Source: the human T2T-CHM13v2.0 reference genome, Homo sapiens. Taken from it: DNA of 64,000 bases. The DNA lies in NCBI RefSeq assembly GCF_009914755.1, contig NC_060947.1; one strand, 5' to 3'. The number at the start of each line of letters is the position of its first letter. The first letter of the stretch is position 1. A program made the translations under genes and the position numbers. Shown piece by piece: positions 28,785 to 43,693 of the stretch. The notes beneath the pieces were generated by a model. The model saw only the letters and a program-made list of their open reading frames with translations. It ran no database searches and was not told the origin of the DNA.

Positions 28785-29709
28785 GAGTTGGTGTACCTTG
28801 TAATTTTTCGTTGAAACCCAGACATGATGTACTGACTGGGTAAAAAGGAACTGAGATAAATAGGCCTTTAGTGTGAGGTTTTTAGATTTTTCTGGCTAAG
28901 AGTAAGGCTGTTTTTACTGTTTTCTATAACTGTTGGTGTTAGAGGCTACAGTTCTTTCTGGTGTCCTTGTTTTTCACTCTTCTATTGTCTTTGGGTTTCC
29001 CTAGAGACTTCTTAAATAAGATGTGAGTTGTGCAGTTCTTTAAACTGTGATGCCCTATTATTAGACAGGAGTCCTAATTGATGTGTTGGTAAGATACAGG
29101 GTGAGAGTAAGTGCTATATAATATTATGACTAGGTCTCAGTGTTTTAGTGAACCTTGTCTCTGAACTGTGACCACAAGTGCTTCTCAGCTTCTCTCCCAC
29201 CCACTACTTGAGACAGGAAGGCTAGAAGGGCTAGAGCTGGCTTTTTTTCTTCTTCCACTTCAAAGGCTAAAAGGAGCTAGAGTTGGATAGTTTCCTTCTC
29301 CATGTCAAAAGCTAGAAAAGGGTAAAGAGTTCATACCAGTTGCTGGCTCGTGCAGCTGCTTCTGCTCCCAGTGAGCTGTGATTCTCTATATTCTCCTGTC
29401 TCTCCAGTTTTTGGGGTAGTAGTTTTCTTTGTGACCTCAGTTATCTGATGGATCTGAAAATGGTTATTGATGTTCAGTTTGTTTGGCTTTTTTCTTGTTG
29501 TGAGGATAGTATTGATGACTTCTAAGCCCTTTACATGTCAGACTAGAAACCAGAAGTTAATCTCAGCCTTAGAATGATAACTTTAGGTTAAAGTGTTGTC
29601 TCTAGACTGCTATAGAAAATTGAGTCACATTAACTCCTGATGATCATTAATATATCATAACACATGTATAACCTGAAAGCAAAGTACTAAAAGTAATAAA
29701 AATAATAGA

Positions 29710-29950
29710 CTAATAGTTAATATTTATTGAGTAGTTTTAGCATGTGATGCCCTATATTACAGGGCATTTACATATATCACCTCAGTTAATCTTTATAATC
29801 ACCCCAATTGGTAAATATTATCACCACCTGTTTTTTTTAAATAGGTGAAGCAACTGAAGCTTAGATTGATTTAGTAGCATGCTCAAAAACATACTACTTG
29901 GAATTCTAATCAAAGTGTTTAGTCTAGAACTTATATTCTTAACCACTGTG
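29710..29950 (-). mobile_element. MIR
   Basis: TAATATTTATTGAG...AACTGAAGCTTAGA core. Confidence 0.6.
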
Positions 29951-30125
29951 GGCTACCAATATCAACATTAATACTGTGAAGATAGAAAGTTGGAGAAACA
30001 GAGCTTGGAAGGGAAGGGCTCCTTGTAGTTGGTTATCCTAGGCCTTTGGAGTAGAGATAGGCTGAAAAGGACAAGGTTCATACCTAATTTGCAATCGTAC
30101 TCCTAATTGTCTCTTCCATCTTTAA

Positions 30126-30464
<339 letters not shown>

Positions 30465-31307
30465 TAAGCAGATGTTTAGATGCCCTGTGGGAGAATACAG
30501 TCTCCAGGGGAAAGGAGAAAAGTTGCCCTAAGGGGTGGATGTTGGGTATTCAAACAAAGGTGTTTGAGGACTAGAGGTTACATGGTTAGTTTATGGTCGC
30601 ATAGCTGCTTTGTGCTTAAACCTCAGAATCAGAAGAAATATTGAAATCAATCTTCCTGATGTTCTTGCCATGAAGAATGAATCATGTGCTCTGAATGGCA
30701 CTAAAGTAACCACAACCACCAAATCAAATGGATTTAAAAAACACCTGTAGGTATGATGATGATATCTCAGAAGTAGACTATGAATACAGTGGTAAATATT
30801 TCAGGTTGGAAACTCCAAGATCCAAATGTAGCTGGCAACAGGTTACTTTAGGGTTCTTAGTAAACAGATATCTCAGTTGTGCATTCTGGGCTTTCAACCC
30901 AGCAACTACTGGCACGGGACATTTGCCACCTAGGAAGGTGGGGAGGGAGAGGAAAAAAGCTGGGCTTTAAGTGTTGACATTATGTTGACTGGGTAAGGAT
31001 GTCCTGCAACAAACTACTCTATGAGGGGATAGCAAGGCCACAAAACGGATCTGATTGTTGAACTTAAGCAACTCTAGCAAGACGGGCTCTCAGCAAAATT
31101 TTCAAGTTGTTCAGGTTTAATAGTCCCAGGGACAATAAATAGTAGGGGGATTACACAGTGAGTTCAGTATTAGGGAACTGCTCAAATTTGAGCCTTTGGT
31201 GGTTTGTCCTGGCCTCAGACAACCATCTTGAGACTTGACCTATGCACTTCAAATTCTTTGCCTAGTATGTTGCTATAATTAAACACAGCTGGAGCAGTGG
31301 GGTATGG

Positions 31308-31668
31308 TGATATTCTTTGGCTGTGTCTGTACTCAGATCTCATCTTGAATTGTAGTTCCCATAATCCCCATGTGTCATGGGAGGGACCAGGTGGAGATAA
31401 TTGAATCATGGGGATGGTTTCCCCCATCCTGTTCTCATGATAGTGAGTGAGTTCTCAGGAGATCTGATGGTTTTATAAGGGGCTTCTCCTTTTGCTGGGC
31501 ACTCATTCTCTCTCCTGCCACCCTGTGAAGAGGTGCCTTCCTCCATGATTGTAAGTTTCCTGAAGCATCCCCAGCCATGCAGAACTGTGAGTCAATTAAG
31601 CCTCTTTTCTTTATTAATTACCCAGTCTTGGGTATTTCTTCATAGCAGCATGAGAACAGACTAATACA
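31308..31668 (+). mobile_element. THE1C-like MaLR solo LTR
   Basis: TGATA...GACTAATACA termini; TSD TATGG at 31303-31307 and 31669-31673. Confidence 0.9.
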
Positions 31669-33048
31669 TATGGCAATACTGTCTGTTCATTAGGAAGTTA
31701 GTGAGCAGGAGAGAAGTAATGACAGCAGTAAGCCTAGCAGCCAGCAGCTTACTGGGAGAAAGAGTGCCAATAATGGAACCAAGAGCCTGGAAGACTTCTG
31801 AGAGTCTATATAGGCATCCAGACTGAGGTAGAATAGCCAACAAAGTAACTTTGCAAAAGGCGTATTAGTGGAGGCAGGATGGGAACCTTTAGAAATTGTC
31901 TGTGTTGTATGACCACTCCTTATGGTGCTGCCCAACAAGAATGTAATGAATAAACCTGCAAGCCTCTGGATTCTGGCTGCTCACATGGTAGTGAATATTA
32001 TTCCCATAAGCAAATTTGCTGAAGATGACAGAACTTGGGGGAGCCCCACATTTTAACCTAGAGATGTCTTACCCTAAAGCCAGTTTGCCTTTTCATCTAC
32101 ACTACATTGTCTCTAGAGGGATGTTGGTGACCTGAAGACAACATTTTCTTATGCCACAGTTAAAAAAAAATAAAGATCCTCTATTGGATACAAAGAACCT
32201 TTTATAAGGCTAGATGGCAGCTTGGAAAACACATAGGGCTATCTCGATCATTCCCAAAGAACATATAAAGATTCCAAGCTGTTCTTCATCAGGAGTTATT
32301 TTATAATTCCTATACACTCTTTAGTTTTTACTTCCTGGGGAAAAAAAGCAAAACAGTGAGCAGAGAAAATGAAAATTGTTAGAATTAATTGCATATGGAC
32401 TTTCCCTAAAATGACATAAGAAAATGACACCATTTGTCTTTGAATGAGTGTGTGGGCTTATTTGCCCACCCCCACCACTGTTGTGTGAAAGCGCAGCAGC
32501 TCAGTTTTCATTTTCCTTTCCTCTCAAAATGCCCAGAGGGACCATATTTTTGTTTAATGACCTTCAGAATGATTCTTTAGAAATCTGAGGCTATCAGAGT
32601 TGGAAACAATGCGAAAATAATTGTGGATTATTATTGTATGACGGCAGTGGCAGCTGGGCTGTTTCTTTTTCTCTGTGTTCAGACTTTCTTCTTCATTTTC
32701 CCAGAAACCTTATATCCCAAGGTTTAACTCAGAAGCAAATCTCAGATAGGTGATAAACCTTGCCAGACATGGTATGTAATATAATTTCAGACAGGCCCTT
32801 AACTGTTCTTCAGGAAGACCCTAGGGAGTGAAGCAGCCTTATATCTACATGCTCTCAATAGTATTACTTTTATTTACTCTCTGACAATGTGTGTGGGTAG
32901 TTGTATTGAACATAAAGCAAGCATATCTCTTAAATATTATACTTGTGAATTAAAGCACCAGTTTGTGTGTTTTGTTGTCAAAATTCCTGCTAACATGAAA
33001 GAAAAAAAATGTTATGAAAAAAATGGGTACTCGCTGTCTCAGATCACT

Positions 33049-33105
33049 TACACACACACACACGTACACACACATACACATGAACACAAACACACAAGCA
33101 CTCAC
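33049..33105. repeat. Imperfect (CA)n
   Basis: Directly visible. Confidence 0.8.
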
Positions 33106-33313
33106 AGCTGGGGATTGAGAGTCAGCACAGATTCTAACTTTACATGAATGTTTAAGATATGCGTATGGAGGCAGGGGTGAGGAGTGGTAGATGCAGATGT
33201 TGTATACACCATAGTGGGGAAAGTAAAAAGTGCTCTCAACTATTGTTCACATCATCTACCTCAAAATCAATTTATTTATTGCCTTAACTGACAGAATTTA
33301 CATGATAAAATAC

Positions 33314-33610
<297 letters not shown>

Positions 33611-34655
33611 TAAAATATTTTTTGCCTTGAATATTCAGCACTCCCTAACAGCTATCCCCTACGCCTTGACTGATGTTTGTACAGCATTCGGCTACCACTT
33701 TGGTAGAACATTTGAGGCGAATGATAGCCAGAATGGGGCAATATCTAATAAGTAGTCTGAAAAAAAATTCCTAAAAGACAAAGATAATTGCCTGAATATT
33801 CTTACATACTTGGATATTGTTATATCCTTGTCACTTTCTGGAAAAGTATTAAACATTCCTTTCTAGAGAAGTCCAATCTTGGTAGCAAGATTCCCTCACA
33901 TTCCTATCAGGAGAGTAAGATAATTGGCTTCAAAACCCAAAACTTGTTCTGTGGTTATATATCACTGAACTCAGAAAGTAAGTGGATGATTTCTCCAGGC
34001 TGTTACTATAACAAAGCGTGTCCTCATTTTACCTAGCTATGTTTCTAGAGAAGTCCTTAATTTTTTATATTCCTTCCCTCTCTACCCCCACATGGATTTC
34101 TTGATTACAAGAAGGGAGATTCTGGAGTACTAGTATTAGTTTTTATAATAAGGAGTAATTAATGAAACAATTGTAAACTTCATTGCCAATATAAAATCCT
34201 ATTATGAAAGATTAATAATGCCTAAGACTCCCCTGGAGTATACTAAGTGGCTAAGTGAACCATGTCCTCTTAGGACTCTTAGGAAATATCCTTGTCAAAT
34301 AGAAGGAACCAGGACATTATAATAATATTTAGTGACTGTTAAGGTTCTGCTATACCTCTCTTGTAATTGGGGAGCCTCTATGCTATTCTATTTATTTTTT
34401 TCAGAATGCCTCTAAAGACTTCTTGCTCTTGGGGTCAGGCCTTTGAAGTGGTTTGTAGTGCAGTAGTTGTGATATTAGAATTGGATACAATAGGACACAT
34501 TTGTGATTTTTCTTGGTCATTGACTTAACTCCTTAGTTACATATTTTGAAAACGAAAGAGAATAATACAAAAAAGTAAAAGTACTAACTTGCTGGTACTG
34601 AGATGTAGTCTGTGAAATTCTATTTTTTGCTTACTTGCAAATATTTTATCTGCAG

Positions 34656-34809
34656 GAATGCAAGCCAAAAATGTGGAGAAGCATAATAATACAGAAAGGA
34701 AATGCTCTTCTGATCCAAGAAGTTCAAGAAGAAGATGGAGGAAATTACACATGTGAACTTAAATATGAAGGAAAACTTGTAAGACGAACAACTGAATTGA
34801 AAGTTACAG
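34656..34809 (+). CDS. IL1RAPL2: IL1RAPL2 internal coding exon (probably exon 5), second half of Ig domain 2
   Basis: Acceptor ttttatctgcag at 34655 and donor ACAG|GTAGGA at 34809/34810. 154 nt, phase 0 to phase 1, in frame with the previous exon. Translates ECKPKMWRSIIIQKGNALLIQEVQEEDGGNYTCELKYEGKLVRRTTELKVT, which contains the Ig D-x-G-x-Y-x-C motif. Confidence 0.96.
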
Positions 34810-35559
34810 GTAGGAATCAGTTCTACAAAATTACGGCAAATGAGATTTTAAGTATAATTTGGTTTGGGAAGCAAGAGTTTTGTTCAAAGAGTCAACTTTC
34901 TGTGAATTTAGAATTGCCTGCAAATCAAATAGTTGAGAAACTTGCTATTAATAAGTTGTACTGAGTAAAAGCAATATATGGAATATGAAAAAAGAGTTTA
35001 GAGAACAAGGGCCTAGTTGCTGTGTGTCTGTTCTCTGTCTTTATGAAAGGTTCTGAACTCTTCAAGGTATCATTATTACTAAACATCTCAGAAAATATAT
35101 AGTGGAGCCAATCTAGAATGTTGACTTAACCCATTTGTGGAATCTCCTTGTAGGTGAAGGCTGATTTTAGAATGAGAATCTGTTAGATTTTTGGAATGAA
35201 ATCTTCTTAGACTGCATCCAAAATATCATTTATACAAAATTCTCCATAAGTGAGTGATGTTATTGTGAGCTTCTAGTGATTCTTAGAGCAACTCCAAATG
35301 AAGAACATGCATGTGTGTTTTAAATCTGAAGTACAAACAAAATGTAAACTAGTGGAAGGATAAACTCAGAATATTCTTACTTGTTAGAGAATTTTAGGAA
35401 GTAATTTTCAGAGACATAAGACAGAATCTAATACCAAAAAGATATCCCTTACAATGAATGTGATGGAACCTGAGAAACTGTATGACAAAAAAATCTACTT
35501 ACTATTGCTCACAAACAAATCTTGACTAATTTTCCTATTATTATATCTGTCATGTGTAT

Positions 35560-36228
35560 TTTAATCTCATATATGGAACCTAAAAAAAAGTTGAATGTGT
35601 TGCAAAAGAGAGTAGAAAAATGGATACGGGACAGAGAGTGGGGAATAAGGAGTGTAGGTCAAAAGGTGCATACAAAGTTGCAGTTATATAGGATGAATAA
35701 GTCTAGTGATTTAATGTACAGCATGTAGTTAATAATGTTGTATGCTGAGGCCAGCGCAGTGGTTCATGCCTGTAATCAATCCCAGCACTTTGGGAGGCCA
35801 AGGCAGGTGGATCACTTGAGGTCAGGAGTTTGAGACCAGCCTGACCAACATGGGGAAACCCTGTCTCTACTAAAAAAAAAAAAAAAATTAGCCAGGCGTG
35901 GTGGCATGTGCCGATAATCCCAGCTACTAGGGAGGCTGAGACAGGAGAGTTGCTTGACACAGGAGGCAGAGTTTGCAGTGAGCTGAAATCACGCCACTTC
36001 ACTCCAGCCTAGGCAACAGAGCAAGACTCTGTCTCAAAAATGAAAAATAAATATAATATTGCATGTTGAAAATTTGCTAAGAGAGTAGATTTTAGGTGCT
36101 CTTACCACAAAAATAAACATATGAGGAGATTGATATGCTAATTTGTTTGACTGTGGTAATCAGTTTGCTATGTATATGTATAACAAAAACATCTTGTTGT
36201 ATACCTTAAATATAAACAATTAAAAAAG
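35560..36228 (+). mobile_element. L1MA/MB 3' end split by an Alu
   Basis: AAATTTGCTAAGAGAGTAGATTTTAGGTGCTCTTACCAC 3'UTR motif. Confidence 0.75.
35749..36050 (+). mobile_element. AluS
   Basis: Dimer with an expanded middle A-tract; degenerate TSD ATAAT(G/A)TTG(T/C)ATG(C/T)TGA. Confidence 0.9.
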
Positions 36229-37289
36229 TATGTGTGTGTGTGTTTGTATGTATACACATACATATTTCTATTGTGGATAATATCCAAGCCATGATAAACT
36301 TCAAAATTACCTAGACAATTGCAATATTGATTGCATTAATTGACTTATGATTAATGTACTTGGGCATTACTTGTTTAACCATCTAATGCCAACATCAGCC
36401 AGTTGGTTAATTTATAACATACTCTTTCTAATGTTAGCAATACATTTTTTCTTCTATTTTATTTTTGTTTAAAAAGGTTCAAAAAGGTCTGGATGACCTT
36501 TTTGAGATAGTGTTAAAATCAGTCAACTAATTAATACTTGCTGAGTTAAGTTGATTGCTACAACCCATATATTTAATTTGGTTTTTGATCCTTGAGATTC
36601 ATTGTTTTTGTCTTTTTCAAAATTCTAAATGTTAGCACAGGGAACACAAAATATATATTTTTAATAAACTAATATATAATATACATATATATTACTTCAC
36701 TCTCTGTACTAATAAATGATAGTTTTACTTCTTAGTTTGATTTTGTAGAGTGCCTTCTATGAAAGTTTAAAAATTCTTTTGATTAGAATTGCATGTTCTT
36801 TTCCCTATGAGCTTTCAAAATAACTACCATATTGGGCCAATTCCAAATAGCAAAGATCTGCTTTTGATTAGTTTCTGATTTCTTCAACATGAACTAGACT
36901 TCCCTGCCTCATTTATGGCAGAAAATTCAATCATGGGCAGTTGTACATTATTAATAAGTGACCTGACCATGCACAAAGCGTCGCAGCATCATCACTTTGG
37001 CCACAGTCACTAATCCTTATGAGAGGCTTGCAGAGCACTTCCATTTTGGATCATTTGCTGAATCTTGTAACATTATAGTATTTGGCTTGAGTTTCAAGTT
37101 GAACCAGAATAAAGTAAATACGAAACCTCCTTTTCACTCACATCAAATGGGTTCTGTTGACAACGCATTTGCTTCTTTCATTTCATTTTAGATTCTGGAA
37201 AAGAGAGCTAGAGCTACTTATTTTGTATATTTTATAAGATGTTAGTTTACTTGTTTTAACTACAGATCTAAAATTTCACTTGAATACCT

Positions 37290-37490
37290 CGCAGAGGATC
37301 TCAAAATTTAATGTGCATCAGAATCATGTAAAGGGACCCAGATAGGATGAAGATGAAGATCTCTAAATACAGATCCTCAGATTTCTCCCTTAGATTCTAA
37401 TTTAGTACATCAGTAAGACTAGGAATTTACCTTTTTGTCCAGGTGATTCTGTTTTATGCTTTCCAAGGATCATGTTTTTGAGAGACACTA
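37290..37490. mobile_element. MER5-like hAT-Charlie fossil
   Basis: TCTCAAAATTTAATGTGCATCAGAATCA...CCAGGTGATTCTG. Confidence 0.5.
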
Positions 37491-38855
37491 GAGAAGAGAA
37501 TGGTGCTAACAAGTCAAAGTCATAGGTTTGATTATTTTGTGAGTATGTTAGTTCACACATGCACACACACACACTGATTTTTATAGGCCCCAATTTGTTT
37601 CCTTTAAATTTCTAGGAACTGCCATGAAAATAGAGATCATGGTAACCAAGGAAAATGTGTCAAGGTAGTGTGTGGGTAAAAGCGACTTCAACTAGGGAAA
37701 GCAATCATTTATTCACTTACCACTTAAATAAATATTTACTGAGTACATGTTACATGCCAGGCAACAAGCTAGGAGCTGGAAAAGATAATTCAGAATTTGT
37801 TTATGATTATCCTTGGGTCAGTGGTCGTCATTCATATAAGAAAGTATCATATTTGTGTATTTATTCACACAGTTCAAATGTTATGCTTGATGTAGAAACA
37901 AAATGGCTACTTGGTATGGAAGTTCAAGAGTTTGCTCTGTGAAGGTTTATTCTTTTTTGGAACATTATATAACTTATACCATGCTTTGTATGCTCAATAA
38001 TATGAAAACAATTAACAAGCAGATTGTCTTCTCATAATTCAAAATATAAGGCTAGGATTATTTAAAGAGTAACCACTCATACTTGTTTTGGGTTTAGCAT
38101 GGGATAAGAATTTCAATATGACATGAATAGAGGTGGTTAATTACAAAATTATGTAAATAGAGGTTCTTTAAATGGTGTATTTCCCTTATGCAAATTTTGA
38201 AAGATTGTCAAATTTCTAAAGCTTATTTTCTGACTATTCTTTTTAAATTTATGATTCTGAGAAATATAACTTCAGTAAAACAAGTGTTTCTTAAAGGTAC
38301 ATAGGTGCTATTTGCTTTAAGAAGGTCAAATATAAAAAGATCCAGATATTCAAAACTGATAAACTAGAAGGTTATCATTTGCTTTAATGAAATAATTTCT
38401 CCATATATGTCATAGTATTTCTTTAGATAGTTAGCTTTCTTTCTGCATTAAAACAGGATTTGATTTAAATGCAACTTTTCTGGAACACTTTTATTATATA
38501 AATCGTAGCAGACTTTTGTTATATTATTGTGGAAATTTCTTTTTATTCCTTCAAAGGCTGCAGATGCATAGGGAAGGGTTTAACAACAAATAGACGTGCA
38601 CAGTAGCATGTTTAGGTCATTTGCTAATGATGCCTACAGCGACAGTTTTATTTCCCACAGCATATTTTAGGTGACTATATGCTATTTTAAAGTTTTTTTC
38701 TTTATTCTCATGTTGAATTTGTGCGGAGGGTTAATTGAAGTGAAAAAGTAAGACAGGAGAGTTGGTTATAAGAAGGTGAGAACTGTAGTACAGGTGATAA
38801 TGGAAAAAGAAGAGGAGTAGGAGAGAGTGAGCAACATAATGGGATAGAGTCTCTA

Positions 38856-39556
<701 letters not shown>

Positions 39557-40502
39557 AAGAAGGTCAAAGGCAGACATTACTTATAGGGATTCTTCAAAAT
39601 GGACACAAGAAGGAAGCCAGAACTAATTATCTTTATTTGGAAGGCAATTCACCATTCACCTGGCAAATCATTCAGAAATACATGCTTTTATGCAGCTTTT
39701 TAGACATGAGCATTAGCTACTTAGAAGAAACCACTAACCTGTTTCCTGGTGAATATGCAAACAACACCTCTCCTCCTGATTATTGTAGACAGCTCTAGAG
39801 TCCCTGGTTGGAGACTTTTCACACATTAGGGGTAATCTCTTAACCCATTGGCATTTGAATATGATGGCAAGAAGGATTTATTCCTTGAAAATACTTCAAA
39901 GATTTGCTGCTAGATTACTATTCAGCAATAGTAGCAAAGCAATCTGGATATAAAGCTTGGGGTAAAACTACCAAGTAGGATTTGGGATCAGTCTTTGGTG
40001 AATATGTTCAAACGCATGGCTTTAGCAAATGCTTTTAATTCCACTTTGCAAAGTTTAATTGTAGTGCCTTGTTGCAGGTGTCATTTAGATTACATAGCTT
40101 GTTAGAAAAACTTTCCTCTGGTGTGGAAAATGGCAGCTATTTACACACAGAGGAAGCAATTTCACATTCAGGCTGGAAAACACACTTTTTGTGGTCCTGG
40201 CTCTTAGTTTATTTATCCTTCTACTGTTAATGCTGAGATTTTGCAGGGGAGGGTGAGTTTAGAAAAAAACAGTGGAACATAGCAATATGGTGGAGAGTTG
40301 GTGAAATAAATAGTAGCGGGGATTTTGACTGAATAAAGATAATATAACAGATGTAATCTCTAAGCCAGCAACTCCATAATAATCATAAAAAGGGCTCCCA
40401 GAGAGCTTTTATCTATTGAGAGCTCACTGTGCAACATACATTGCGTTTAGAGATTTTCATTCATTTTCTCATTTAGTCCTCACAACCAACATATGAGGGT
40501 GG

Positions 40503-41141
40503 TGTTGGGGCTCAGAAAACAATACTTCAAAATGAAGGACTCATAAGCAAGTTTGTCTTTGACCTTTTCCTGCCCTCCTGTCTCTCAGTCCCATTCTCCC
40601 CACCCTCCCCGGAGGCTAGCCATAGAAACTGGAATCCCTCTTCCCCAAAGCAGGTCATAGAAACCAGAACCCCTTTCCTGCAAAGCCAGCCATAAAACCT
40701 AAAAATATTACTCTAACTTTCTCTCCACTTCTCTGTGTGAAAACTGGCCACAAAGAAGTTATTTGACCTACCTTGTTTAACTATAGGTCATAAGGTCCCC
40801 ATTCCAGAGAGGGTCCTGGAAGGAATGTGTGCTCAGAGAAGCCCAGAAGAATCTAGACAGACAGGCCTTGCTGGTTTTCCCCACTCAGCTCATTAGCATT
40901 AGATCATAGTCTTTTTATCAAATCATATGCCTACATGGCTGTCCATTCTTTGCTGAACCTAAGCATAAAAATGGGCAATTTTCCCTGTATCTTTGGGTCT
41001 TCATTCTGAAGGCTCCTGTGTATACAGTGTATACATGTTAGATAAATGTATATGCTTTTCTCCAATTATTCTGCTTTTGTGAGTTGATTTTTCAGCAAAT
41101 CTTCAGAGGGCCAAGGGGAATTTTCTGCCTGGGCCCCTATG
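40503..41141 (+). mobile_element. MER39B-like ERV1 solo LTR inserted in a MIR
   Basis: TGTTGGGGCTCAGAAAAC...GGCCCCTA termini; 4-bp TSD GTGG; MIR halves at ~40400-40500 and 41146-41290. Confidence 0.85.
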
Positions 41142-41994
41142 GTGGTTACTATTATTGTCCCAATTTATAGAGAAATAAACTAAAACTTAGGTGAAATGAT
41201 GTACCCAAAGTCACATACTCAGGAAATGGCAGAACACAGATATAAACCTAGGTCTTTCCAATTCTCAGATGTAGCTTTTTAATCACCACCAGGCAAAAAA
41301 CTGCATGATTTCACTCACCAAATGTGTATTGCATACCTAGAGAACATAAACCAAAATATTGGACACGATGTCTATCATTCCACTATAATATCCTTTTTGG
41401 ACATTCACAATTTGGTCTTCAATAATTCCCTATTAGAATTTAGATATCCATAAAAAAAGCACACTTGGCATTTTGAACTTAGTCCTTAGCTCTTAGCACT
41501 TTAGTTAAGATCGTTAGGAGTAGGGCCAATAATTGAATCTGCATGTGGTATGGTGCCAGGAAAAAAGCAAGGAAAAGTGAGGCTCCAGAAAAATTAAGAA
41601 TGCATGAAACATGGTAAATTGTTACTGAATTTTGTGTTTTGATGCCATATGGCCCTACTAGTATGATAATTTATATTGAGAATATTCCAATGATGTTCAT
41701 TGCAGTTATGACTATGATTTCAAGCTAGTGGAAGTGAAGCAATGGATGAATGTCTAGTTAAACAATGTTGGCTCAGTTGGTAAAGATCAATCAACACATA
41801 AATCAGTGCCTACTGTGTACAGTAAGAAGTTCAGGATCCAAGTTTGTAATGTTGTTCTGAAAGCAGACAGGTAGGGACAGAAGTGTGTTCTCCTTTGGAA
41901 CCTGTGAAAAGAGAGTTATTCACTAGAATAGTGCTTCTCAAATTGTATTTTGTGGAACCCTGATTCTAAGAAATGTTAAGAGAGAGATTTCCAA

Positions 41995-42068
41995 GAGAGA
42001 AAGAAGAGGAAAGGAGAGGAGAGGAAGAAAGGAGAGGAAGAGAGAAGAGTGGGGAAGGGAGAAGAGAG
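41995..42068. repeat. GA-rich polypurine low-complexity tract
   Basis: Almost pure A/G for ~70 nt. Confidence 0.85.
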
Positions 42069-42181
42069 TTTCTGTAGTTATTTGTGTATCTGCCAGGTCA
42101 AAGTTAAACAGTCATCTTTTTTGCAGGGTATCTCAGGGCACCTTAGTGCCCATAATATCTAATGTGTACTCTAATTTTCTA

Positions 42182-42487
<306 letters not shown>

Positions 42488-43389
42488 GCGGTGGGGGAAT
42501 GGGATATATTTTTAGGACATTTCCTAAACTTGTATGAACACATAATATTCCCAGCCCCCAAAGCATCTGAGGATGTTAAGTTTCCACAGAACAAACTTTA
42601 GGAAAGCTAAGTGAATAATTGAGTGAGTATCTGGCTCTATTGGCCTCCTGCTAATGCCTATAACATCAACAGTTGAAATAAAATACTTATTTGGCATTTA
42701 GGTTATGATTAGTATCACTTATTTTTTCCATTGTTTATTTTTTCAACCATCCTGTAAGCTCCTTAAGGGAATGGATTTGTTGACTAATTAATATCTACAT
42801 CTATAAGTGCTGAGTATATGATAGGTATTCAAAAATTATTTGTAGCTTGCTTTGGCTGAGTGCTTATTTGATTGGTAAGTGTTTTGATTGGGTACAAATA
42901 AGACAACTTTGTGTTTGTAGAGCATCTTATAATTTCAAAGCACTTTCACTTCTGGGATCTCATTCTGTTACAAGAACTTTATGGAATTGTCAGCAAATGT
43001 AGTATTATTATTATTAATCTTGGCTGAGAGAGTTTAAAACAATGACCCTAGGATATAAGCTGGTGAATTGCACAGCTAGGACTAGAATCCCCATCTTATA
43101 AGTCCTAGTTACACTTTTCCTACTCTGCCCCACTGTTACTCTGTTTGCTGTCCCTTAATCCTGGGTACTAGGCCAGAAGAAGAGATGCAACTCAAGGAGG
43201 ATTCCAAAGTTGGTGACTCCAGAGCTCAGGCCTAAGAATCTCTGAAATAACCTTTTATTTAAAATGTTGGTATACCAATCCATTGTTTTGTCTTTTGGAA
43301 TAACTATTTCTGATTCTAAAAGGAAAACGATTTACTACTGATGTCTGAAACCAAATCAGCAGAGGTAGCCGCTAACAATACTCAAATGC

Positions 43390-43693
<304 letters not shown>

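Noticed and set aside
33634-33654. REST/NRSE motif (TTCAGCAC...)
   Set aside because: The second half-site GGACAG is absent.
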